From: a virus
DNA: 64,000 bases
IMG/VR virus record: IMGVR_UViG_3300029319_007985
Location: 64,001 to 128,000 of that record
Reading direction: 5' to 3' (one strand)
In this document: piece by piece, positions 48,806 to 56,937 of the stretch
Numbering within the stretch: the stretch's first letter is position 1
Layout of the letters: each line of letters starts with the position of its first letter
Made by a program: the position numbers and the translations under genes
Notes under the pieces: generated by a model
What the model was told of the DNA's origin: nothing
The model's input: the letters and a program-made list of their open reading frames with translations, nothing else
Databases searched by the model: none

Positions 48806-49497
48806 AAATTAAAGAGTTCATAATCATGCCATCTAGCATAGACACACTTGGCCTTGTCCACAAGCCAGGCCGTGGTCCAAACAACAGATTCGATTTCAAA
48901 AACAAAGCAAATAATAGAGCAAACGAAGTAGGTGAAACCAAGGAAGCACCACCAGGCACATATTTTACTAAAACAGGCAACTTAGTTAAAGGAAGATTGA
49001 CCAAGGCCGCGAAAGAAAGAGGAGCAAGAGAAACTGATCCAAAAGATGATCAAAGATCTAAAGTGCCGCCAGTCACACAAAGGAATGAAGCGAGAGGTAC
49101 CTGCTGGCATGGATATCAACAAAAAGGTTATAAGAAAAAAGGCAACAAAATGGTTCCTAATTGTGTTAAGGAAGAGGCCGCTGGTGTTGGCATAGTAACA
49201 AAACAAAACGCCACAAAAGACGTGCCTGTAGGTGGCGAATACATGAACGTAAAAAAATTAGGCCTAGGTAAAGGCAAGCCAAAAACAATAGGCGAAGAAT
49301 GGAAACAGTTCCAAGAAAATTTTGCCGACAAAAAAGTCAAAGGTAAAAGTAGGCCTGGGCGGGTCAAAAGGGCAGGAGCAAGTTGTAAAGGCTCAGTTAC
49401 AAGTTTAAGAGCAAAGGCAAAAAAATCAAGTGGTGAAAGAAGAAAGATGTATCACTGGTGTGCCAACATGAAATCCGGTAGGAAAAAATCCAGATAA
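48802..49497 (+). CDS. Putative polyprotein of basic modules
   Basis: MKIKEFI; modules separated by TKE|A, RNE|A, VKE|E, FQE|N. Confidence 0.6.
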   Translation: MKIKEFIIMPSSIDTLGLVHKPGRGPNNRFDFKNKANNRANEVGETKEAPPGTYFTKTGNLVKGRLTKAAKERGARETDPKDDQRSKVPPVTQRNEARGTCWHGYQQKGYKKKGNKMVPNCVKEEAAGVGIVTKQNATKDVPVGGEYMNVKKLGLGKGKPKTIGEEWKQFQENFADKKVKGKSRPGRVKRAGASCKGSVTSLRAKAKKSSGERRKMYHWCANMKSGRKKSR

Positions 49498-49506
49498 CTA
49501 CTGGAT

Positions 49507-50256
49507 ATGGACGTAATTTTAAGTTTAGGTTTTCTTTGTAACATTTTTAAAAAAGCACCAACAGTAAGGCTCTTTGCTGATGAATATTTTCTAGATGAAT
49601 TTACCTTAAAAAATACTGTTGATAAATCCACACTAAAAAGTTTATTATCAAACAAAGACAACTTTGATTTTATTTTTCCAAAAAAAGTCAGCAATTTACT
49701 AGACCCAAATGTGCAAATGGTTGACCCACAAATAGATGCTAATGTTGAATATAAATTCTATCGCATAAAAAAGTTTAATCTAAAGAAAAAAGATAAAGTC
49801 AAAGTAAAAATCGAATTTTATAATAGGGACTCTAATCATACAAACGGATTCATCACAAAAAGCACAATGGTGTGTGTTCCATACGTTTTAATTACTCCAA
49901 CCAAGATTATGAAAGACATAACAACATTTCATAAGAAGTGGTATCAAAAAGTTAAATTTGAACAGCAAAAACAAAACAAATTTAAATTTATAAAGAAATT
50001 TTACAAACACAGATCACGTCTTTTCAACTGCATAGAACATCGCAATTATTGGTTTAAGGATAGGCAGACTAAAAATTTATTATACACGTACTTCGCAGGT
50101 GGTGATGTAACGCTAGAAAGGACCTTTTATAAAAAACATAACTTGTACATCGGTGATCCAAATACCATTGGCTATGTGTTGTTTGGACACTACCAAAGGT
50201 TTAAAAAACTATCAGATAAATACCTTCAATATGAGAATCTGCGAAATAATCATTAG
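49507..50256 (+). CDS. Hypothetical protein
   Basis: Lys/Phe-rich 249-aa ORF. Confidence 0.55.
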   Translation: MDVILSLGFLCNIFKKAPTVRLFADEYFLDEFTLKNTVDKSTLKSLLSNKDNFDFIFPKKVSNLLDPNVQMVDPQIDANVEYKFYRIKKFNLKKKDKVKVKIEFYNRDSNHTNGFITKSTMVCVPYVLITPTKIMKDITTFHKKWYQKVKFEQQKQNKFKFIKKFYKHRSRLFNCIEHRNYWFKDRQTKNLLYTYFAGGDVTLERTFYKKHNLYIGDPNTIGYVLFGHYQRFKKLSDKYLQYENLRNNH

Positions 50257-50497
50257 AGAACAGGCCACTGCCGGCGCCACTTCTGCTGGCAATATTGCAT
50301 CTGTAGTCAGTCCACATATCGCAATAGGACCTGATAGGTTCAAGAAATCATATACAGGCACGCCTGGAAAATCAGGCACTAAGGCACCAAAGTTGCCTAA
50401 GATTGTTCAACCAAAAAAGAAAGATGGCACGGCAAAAGGCGCACATAATTTACCAGGAGTAAGTTTGTTTGGCGGGCCAGGATTTGTGAGAAGATGA
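50231..50497 (+). CDS. Putative internal head protein (start moved to 50231)
   Basis: MRICEIIIRE|QATAGATSAGNIA; TAAATA at 50217. Confidence 0.6.
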   Translation: MRICEIIIREQATAGATSAGNIASVVSPHIAIGPDRFKKSYTGTPGKSGTKAPKLPKIVQPKKKDGTAKGAHNLPGVSLFGGPGFVRR

Positions 50498-50652
50498 GTT
50501 ACTGTTTAAATTGTGGCAACGAGTGCCACGAAGGAAAAGTGTTAACAAGAACTGAAAAAACTTATGCAGTAGAAGGTGCGAAGGAATACGAAATAGAAGT
50601 CTGTAAATATTGCAGATGTGAAGACGAATTAATGGATGCTTTAGAAGAATGA
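50494..50652 (+). CDS. Small Cys-rich protein, 52 aa
   Basis: CLNCGNECH...CKYCRC; ATGA overlaps at both ends. Confidence 0.65.
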   Translation: MSYCLNCGNECHEGKVLTRTEKTYAVEGAKEYEIEVCKYCRCEDELMDALEE

Positions 50653-51551
50653 AATTTTTAATATTCAATGGTAGTTTAAAGGCAGATGCAGAATCAAATA
50701 CTTTTGCTGTTTGCAAAATGTTACAACTGGCCTTTGATAAACTTGGACATGAATGTGAGATAGTCACATTGAGAGATCTTGACTACGAAGGATCAACTGA
50801 TGATGTAAATGATGAACTTAAACCTTATATCATGAAGATGTTCGACATGGACGGAATAATTTTTGCTACTCCAATTTGGTGGGGCACACATAGTTGTCAT
50901 ATCCAGGCCATGTTGGAAAGACTTGACTTTATATACAGTTGGGCCAAAGACAACAAGTATCAACCATTTTATAACAAAGTATTTGGCACATTAGTGTCAG
51001 GTGGTGGAGATGGATTCCAACACATTCACGGAGTACTATATTCAGCGGCATCTAATTTTGGATTTACTATTCCGCCGCAGTGTAACATCGAATCCAAGGC
51101 ACAGGGCATAGAAGAAATCAAAAAAGACGAAGACACTTACAACCAAGTTAAAAACTGTGCGACTAACATGACAGTCTGGGGAGAACTGATGAGAGCCGGA
51201 AATCCTACACTGGCGGCAAGGCACGGTAGTGTCGACGTAAACGAAGCACTGGCTGAAGGAAAAAGAATACCACGTAAAAAAGGACAAAAGAGGAAAAGCA
51301 AAAAACATAGTGACCTTTACACAGATGAAGATCCAAAAGGCACTATCCACGGACTAGGATTCAAAGACGAGGCCACAGCAAGAGCCAGTGTAACAAAAAT
51401 CCGAAAGAGCGGTAGATCACACGCACACAAGATACAGGCCGCAGTGGCAATGGAACAGAGAGCGAGAGCGGCAGGCAAATCAGGACCAGCGGCGATCTAT
51501 AGAAAATATATCAACAGCATGAAGAAAAAAACAAAGGCTAAGAAAAAATAA
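50649..51551 (+). CDS. Flavodoxin/FMN reductase fused to a basic C-terminal module
   Basis: FNGSLK...SNT, FATPIWWG; VNE|ALAE|GKRIPRKK. Confidence 0.8.
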   Translation: MKFLIFNGSLKADAESNTFAVCKMLQLAFDKLGHECEIVTLRDLDYEGSTDDVNDELKPYIMKMFDMDGIIFATPIWWGTHSCHIQAMLERLDFIYSWAKDNKYQPFYNKVFGTLVSGGGDGFQHIHGVLYSAASNFGFTIPPQCNIESKAQGIEEIKKDEDTYNQVKNCATNMTVWGELMRAGNPTLAARHGSVDVNEALAEGKRIPRKKGQKRKSKKHSDLYTDEDPKGTIHGLGFKDEATARASVTKIRKSGRSHAHKIQAAVAMEQRARAAGKSGPAAIYRKYINSMKKKTKAKKK

Positions 51552-51955
51552 TGAAAAGATTGGATATCAACGACAACACTAGTATCAGTATGCCAATAAG
51601 AAATATGATTGCAATTATAGGTGCAGTGGGCGTTGGCGTGTGGGCATACTTTGGAATCACAGAAAAATTGAATCAACATTCCACTTCGCTTACATTAATG
51701 AAAAAAGAGATGGAAGAAAACACAGAATTCAGGATAAAATATCCAAGAGGTGAATTGGGTCAGTCACAAAACGACCTTGAACAATTCATGCTTATTGAAG
51801 AACTTTACAAAACAGTTGACAAGATGGAAGGCGTGTTAGAAAACAACATGACCAATAAAGTTAATATTGAATTTTTAAGAAAACAAGTTGACAAAATGAT
51901 CGGCGATATTGAAGCACTGAAAGACGCTGATAGACAGATACAAAACGGACACTAA
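51551..51955 (+). CDS. Membrane-anchored coiled-coil protein
   Basis: One TM, then coiled coil. Confidence 0.6.
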   Translation: MKRLDINDNTSISMPIRNMIAIIGAVGVGVWAYFGITEKLNQHSTSLTLMKKEMEENTEFRIKYPRGELGQSQNDLEQFMLIEELYKTVDKMEGVLENNMTNKVNIEFLRKQVDKMIGDIEALKDADRQIQNGH

Positions 51956-52170
51956 TGATTGAAACAGTTGTTGCTTTATTAATGATAGTACATGGTGAAA
52001 TCAAAGAACATCGTATTCAAGACTCTATGAGTGCATGTTTACGAGGTAAAAGAACAGCAGAGAGACAGTTTTCAGCAGGGGTCAAATACCAGTGTATCAA
52101 AAGCAAGGCTGAATTAGAAGAGAATGTAGACGGTTCAAGAGCAATCAAAAAAATAATATTGGCTGAATAA
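51955..52170 (+). CDS. Small hypothetical protein
   Basis: TAATG-coupled; two Cys. Confidence 0.6.
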   Translation: MIETVVALLMIVHGEIKEHRIQDSMSACLRGKRTAERQFSAGVKYQCIKSKAELEENVDGSRAIKKIILAE

Positions 52171-52178
52171 ATACACAT

Positions 52179-53681
52179 ATGCGTTTAAAAGAAATCAATC
52201 ATCCGGTACAAGCAGACACATACGAAGCAAGTATGGCCCTGAATCAGTTGCTAAAAATAGGGCAACACGCAATCAAACTACACAACCTACTTAAAGATGA
52301 ACAGGAAATGGAGTCTTGGGTGGCCAAGAAGATTGACCTAGCAGGTGACTATGTTAAAAAAGTACACGGTTACATGATGGGTGAAAAAGCAGGTTTGTAT
52401 GATGACGCAGGCGAAGGACACATGAGCAAAAGCACATTGTATCACACTGCCAAGTATGCAATACAACTTATGCAGATGATAGACAAAGGTGATGACCTAG
52501 AAGGTTGGGTGCAAAGCAAACTGAATAAGGCCGCTGATTATCTACAGGGTGCGTACAACTATGAAGAATATCAAAAACTATCTCCATACAGAGAAGACCT
52601 AGACGGATCAACATTTTCAAAACACAAAGAAATTATCAAAAAAAACATAGACGAGATATTGGCCAAAGAAACTGATCTAGATGACACAGACACAAAACCA
52701 GGCATGATGAGGATCCTTGGCAAAAGAGTTAATGACGTGGAAAAAGAAATGTCAAAAAAAATGCGTAAAGAACCGCCTGTGTTAGACAAAGACTTTGATG
52801 ACCAACCGAGATACAAAGGACAAAGAATAGATGTTGGTGAAAAACATGGTGGCGAACACAGCACATCAGGTAGAAGCATGACCAAGGGCGAAATGAACAA
52901 AAGAGAAAAAATTGTTAAAGCAATGAAGAAAGACAAAGCAGGATTCAAGAAAAGATATGGTAAAGATGCAGACGCAGTGATGTATGCCACAGCAACCAAA
53001 CAAGCAATGGGCGAGGACAAGTACGAATTCAGAGGCAATCCTTTTCCTATATTGGGCAAAGCAGAAAGTTATCTAAACTACGGTTCGGACATGGCAAAAG
53101 CCATCATGAACAACAGTGACAATTTGAAGGCCATGGCACAAACCTACTTGGACAGAGTACCTAGTTTCGTAAACACAGAGATGAAAGAAATATTTCCTAA
53201 AAACGAAAGCGGTATCATGTACAGAGCGGGTGTTAAAAAATACGGCAAAGCAGGTATGAAAGCCATACAAAGTGCCGCAGGCAAAGGTGCTAGTCATCAA
53301 GAAATAGGTAAAATTAAAGACAAGTATTTGAAAGACGATGAAATCGACGAAGGACTTAAAGACACACTTCAAAAATTGGCGGCCGCTGGAATAATTGTTG
53401 GTACAATGGCCGGTGCTGGATCTATGATTAATGCTTTAGATAATAGTGTGCCTGCAATGAAAGCCATGAATACTGCTTACAAAATGGCAACTGATGCAGG
53501 TAATGAAGAACTAGCACAAATGATTAAAAATGATATTTCAGCAGTAAAAGTAAGACTAAGTTCAGGCAAAGATTTAAACTTTGTGAAAGCAATGCAGGAC
53601 AAATATAGTAAATTCATGCCAACAGAAGGTTTAGCGTATGAGTCAAAACTCGCTGTACTGCTTAATCAACAACTTAAATAA
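52179..53681 (+). CDS. Putative internal head polyprotein
   Basis: MRLKEI; tandem AI.L...E.WV..K...A.DY repeat; VGE|K, MGE|D, KNE|S, IDE|G junctions. Confidence 0.6.
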   Translation: MRLKEINHPVQADTYEASMALNQLLKIGQHAIKLHNLLKDEQEMESWVAKKIDLAGDYVKKVHGYMMGEKAGLYDDAGEGHMSKSTLYHTAKYAIQLMQMIDKGDDLEGWVQSKLNKAADYLQGAYNYEEYQKLSPYREDLDGSTFSKHKEIIKKNIDEILAKETDLDDTDTKPGMMRILGKRVNDVEKEMSKKMRKEPPVLDKDFDDQPRYKGQRIDVGEKHGGEHSTSGRSMTKGEMNKREKIVKAMKKDKAGFKKRYGKDADAVMYATATKQAMGEDKYEFRGNPFPILGKAESYLNYGSDMAKAIMNNSDNLKAMAQTYLDRVPSFVNTEMKEIFPKNESGIMYRAGVKKYGKAGMKAIQSAAGKGASHQEIGKIKDKYLKDDEIDEGLKDTLQKLAAAGIIVGTMAGAGSMINALDNSVPAMKAMNTAYKMATDAGNEELAQMIKNDISAVKVRLSSGKDLNFVKAMQDKYSKFMPTEGLAYESKLAVLLNQQLK

Positions 53682-53707
53682 AACAGCAACACTACTAAAT
53701 AAATCAA

Positions 53708-54832
53708 ATGGCAAGTAAAAAACCCAAAAAAGAAAACAGTTTCGCAGACCTAGTCGCTCGTTTGAACGCAATGAGCAACATGACTAAGGAAGAAGAACGT
53801 GCATCTCTTATGGAAGCGGCTAGACAAGAGCCAAGAATATTAGATGACAAAGAAGTTTCACTGGCTGACATCGCAAAACTAGCCGGAATAAAAGAGTACC
53901 AAGAGGAACCAAAAGTTTCTGCTAAAGCAGAGAAGTTGGTTGAGTCGATCACAAAAGAATCAAGCGCAGAGTCTATAATAACAAAAGCCATAAAAGAATC
54001 AGATGCAGATGAATCAATTTCAACACAAATTAAAAAAGAGGTTACAGAAGAATCTAAAAGATTAGACAAAATTGCAGAATTGGAAGCGCAATTGGCAGAA
54101 TTAAAAGCACAGGAAAAAGAAGAAGCAACACTGGATTCAGATGCTTTCAAAGAAACATTTGTAAATGAAATAACAGAATACGTAAAAGAAGCAGAAGCAG
54201 ACAAACTTGCAGAACTATATAATGCTTTTTCAAATAACACAGTTGAAGTTAAGGAAGATTCATTTTTAATTAAAACACCAGAAACGCAAGAAGTTATAGC
54301 AGACGCAGAAAAGGCAGAAGCACCAGCAGAAGAAGAAGTTGTACAGGAAAAGGAACCAGAAGTAGACACTGAACAAGCAACTGACGAGGCTTCAGGATAC
54401 CAGGGTTCAGCAGAAGCAAGAAAACACGAAGTGACTTTAGCGGGTGATTTTACTCCAGAAGAGCCGGTGACAGAAAAAGATGCCGAATCAATTGAAAAAA
54501 TGTTACAGGACGCAGGTATTCCTGCAGAAGTAAGTCCTACCGATGAAAAATTTGATAGAGTTCAAGTACAAACAATGGCTGACAAAGATGCTATTTTAAA
54601 AGTTTTAGGTGACATGGTCGAAGAGAACATGGAAGTAGAATACACCGATGACTTATCAGAAGCAAAAAAGAAGCCTGTACCAACTTCTCCCGAAAAATGG
54701 TCCAGAGCAAAGGCCAAAGCAAGATCCAAATTTGATGTTTATCCATCTGCATATGCAAACGCATACGCCGCCAAAGAGTACAAAAAAATGGGTGGTGGTT
54801 GGAGAATGGGTAAGCCTAAGAAGAAAAAGTAA
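53708..54832 (+). CDS. Acidic scaffold-like protein with basic C-terminal module
   Basis: Glu-rich, KLAGIKE, many xxE|S/A sites; LSE|AKKKP...YPSAYAN. Confidence 0.6.
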   Translation: MASKKPKKENSFADLVARLNAMSNMTKEEERASLMEAARQEPRILDDKEVSLADIAKLAGIKEYQEEPKVSAKAEKLVESITKESSAESIITKAIKESDADESISTQIKKEVTEESKRLDKIAELEAQLAELKAQEKEEATLDSDAFKETFVNEITEYVKEAEADKLAELYNAFSNNTVEVKEDSFLIKTPETQEVIADAEKAEAPAEEEVVQEKEPEVDTEQATDEASGYQGSAEARKHEVTLAGDFTPEEPVTEKDAESIEKMLQDAGIPAEVSPTDEKFDRVQVQTMADKDAILKVLGDMVEENMEVEYTDDLSEAKKKPVPTSPEKWSRAKAKARSKFDVYPSAYANAYAAKEYKKMGGGWRMGKPKKKK

Positions 54833-54844
54833 TAAGTACGTGTG

Positions 54845-55495
54845 ATGAAAATCACATTAACCCAAAATAAATTTAATCCAAATCCATATTACGATCAACG
54901 AATAAAAGCAATTCTTTCTGACAACTTTGTTAAAAACTTACCAGGAACAATAGATACCTTTGACCAGAATGGTTTCGATCTTACTAATCTTGAAAGATTA
55001 TATGCCAAAAAAATGGACTACAAAATTAAAAAGGTTAGAACAAGCCACTGGGTGTTGAAAGAAGATTGGTTCACTTCCGAGCCAACAGACAGAGGTTGCC
55101 ATATAAATCACGCAGTGATTTTTGAAAGAAAAGGATTTACAGGTGCGGCAAAAGAACAAATGGAAGAATTTGCTGAGAAATGTCCTTTGGTTCATAAAGT
55201 CTTGCAAATAAGACCTAAATGGGGATTGGACTTTTCAATAGACTATGCAGATGCCGAGGGTAACGTGTTTGAAGTGTTACATTGGGAGTGGGACAGTTTT
55301 AATTTTGAAGAAATACAGGAAAAGAAAAAATACATGGATGATTTTTTACAGGCACAAGATTTTGATGAAATGGCTCTACGACTATTGGACAAAAAGTCAG
55401 AGTGGCACCATTTAGGCTTTTTTGAACAAAGTGATTACAAAACTAATTTTTTTGGTATAGAAAAAGAACGATTTAAGATGGTTCTCTGGAAATAA
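54845..55495 (+). CDS. Hypothetical phage protein
   Basis: TAAGTA 6 nt upstream. Confidence 0.6.
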   Translation: MKITLTQNKFNPNPYYDQRIKAILSDNFVKNLPGTIDTFDQNGFDLTNLERLYAKKMDYKIKKVRTSHWVLKEDWFTSEPTDRGCHINHAVIFERKGFTGAAKEQMEEFAEKCPLVHKVLQIRPKWGLDFSIDYADAEGNVFEVLHWEWDSFNFEEIQEKKKYMDDFLQAQDFDEMALRLLDKKSEWHHLGFFEQSDYKTNFFGIEKERFKMVLWK

Positions 55496-55503
55496 ATATT
55501 GAT

Positions 55504-56358
55504 ATGACTATACCTTGGAATTTTAAACAATACTATCAGAACCTAGCGCATCTAAAACAAAGAGGACACGTAAGTTCGGGAGAACAGATTCAGTCTCCAG
55601 TATCAGCAGGTAGCCGAGGACTTGCCAACGTTGAACATTTTGCTGACAAGTCAGTGCAAATGATGGGATCACAAATAGATGAATCTGCTGATAGAGAATA
55701 CCAAAATTTAGACAAAGATACTATTGAAAAACTTAGAGAGAAATACCTACCTGATTGGGAATACAAAGATAACAGTTTACAAAAAAGATATAAGTTTGAA
55801 GATTACTTCCAGGTAGTGAAGTTTTTGATTGACACAATAAAGCCACAAGAAGAACTAGACCATCATGCAGACTTAGGAGTCTTCTACGATGAAGTTTTGG
55901 TAAAAATTTACACACACAGAACAAAAGATGTCACTGACTATGATTTTAAGGTCGCACTGCAAATGGATATGATTGCAAAAAAGAAACATGGTGCAATAAA
56001 ACCTGATTATGACTTATCAGCCTTAGTTGATGATTTTGATTTTTGTATAAACTGTGGCGACTTGATACTAAATGAAAGAAAGTACCAAGGTGGATTGCGT
56101 AAATGGTTCAAACAAAAATGGGTGAACATAGCCAAGAAAAAGAAAGGTGGAGGCCATCCTGAGTGTGGTACTTCAGGTTCTAAAAGAGGTTATGCAAAAT
56201 GTGTGCCGGCATCAAAGGCACGTTCAATGTCAAAAAAGCAGAAAAAGTCAGCAGTATCAAGAAAAAGAGCCGCACAGCGAAAAGCAGGTAGAGGTGGTAA
56301 AGATACAGGTGGCACTGGTAAAAAGCCAATTAGAGTTTCTACAAAGCCTAAAAAATAA
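55504..56358 (+). CDS. Pterin-4a-carbinolamine dehydratase domain flanked by a leader and a basic module
   Basis: DHHADL, IYTH, VTDYD; IDE|S before, LNE|RKYQGGLRKWF after. Confidence 0.75.
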   Translation: MTIPWNFKQYYQNLAHLKQRGHVSSGEQIQSPVSAGSRGLANVEHFADKSVQMMGSQIDESADREYQNLDKDTIEKLREKYLPDWEYKDNSLQKRYKFEDYFQVVKFLIDTIKPQEELDHHADLGVFYDEVLVKIYTHRTKDVTDYDFKVALQMDMIAKKKHGAIKPDYDLSALVDDFDFCINCGDLILNERKYQGGLRKWFKQKWVNIAKKKKGGGHPECGTSGSKRGYAKCVPASKARSMSKKQKKSAVSRKRAAQRKAGRGGKDTGGTGKKPIRVSTKPKK

Positions 56359-56387
56359 TTGCTTTTACTCCAATCATAAAGTATAAT
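56359..56387 (+). promoter_or_regulatory. Sigma70-type promoter of replication block
   Basis: TTGCTT-N17-TATAAT, then AGGAG SD. Confidence 0.7.
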
Positions 56388-56404
56388 AGTAAAAAGGAGA
56401 AAAA

Positions 56405-56656
56405 ATGCGAAATTTCAACGAAGCAGAAAAACAAAAACTAATACAAATTATAAACCAAGGTTCACAAGTTCTCGGAGAAGTCGACGATCTTAAATCAGGA
56501 TTGAAGGACACTGTAAGGGCACTTGCAGAAGAACTAGAACTTAAACCAGCACTCATCAACAAAGCCATATCGGTTGCACACAAAGACAACTACAAGGGTG
56601 TGTCAGACGACATGGATCAAGTAGAAGCGATACTAACAGCCGCGGGTAAAATTTAG
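56405..56656 (+). CDS. DsbA/GapR-like dsDNA-binding protein
   Basis: 83-aa helical protein, LKDTVRALAEELELKPALINKAI. Confidence 0.6.
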   Translation: MRNFNEAEKQKLIQIINQGSQVLGEVDDLKSGLKDTVRALAEELELKPALINKAISVAHKDNYKGVSDDMDQVEAILTAAGKI

Positions 56657-56937
56657 TGTATAATTTACTCAAAGAATTTTGGGTAAACAGTTATAACACA
56701 GATAAGACAGCATTTTATCTTGAGATTATATCTGTGGCATTTACCATTGCAGGATCAGTGATATTGACTTTCACTTCTCCTTATCCTATAATGGAGTATG
56801 TGTTTCCTGTCTATCTGGTAGGATCTTGCACACTGGCCATTGCATGTTGGAGAAGAAGAATAATTTGGACACTGGTTTTGGCAAGTTGGTTTACTATAAT
56901 GAATGTGATTGGAAACATTAAAGTATTTTTATTATGA
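56656..56937 (+). CDS. Three-TM membrane protein
   Basis: Hydrophobic, coupled ORF. Confidence 0.6.
   Translation: MYNLLKEFWVNSYNTDKTAFYLEIISVAFTIAGSVILTFTSPYPIMEYVFPVYLVGSCTLAIACWRRRIIWTLVLASWFTIMNVIGNIKVFLL

Noticed and set aside
53704-54369. 221-aa Ser-rich minus-strand ORF
   Set aside because: Reverse complement of the Glu-rich gene
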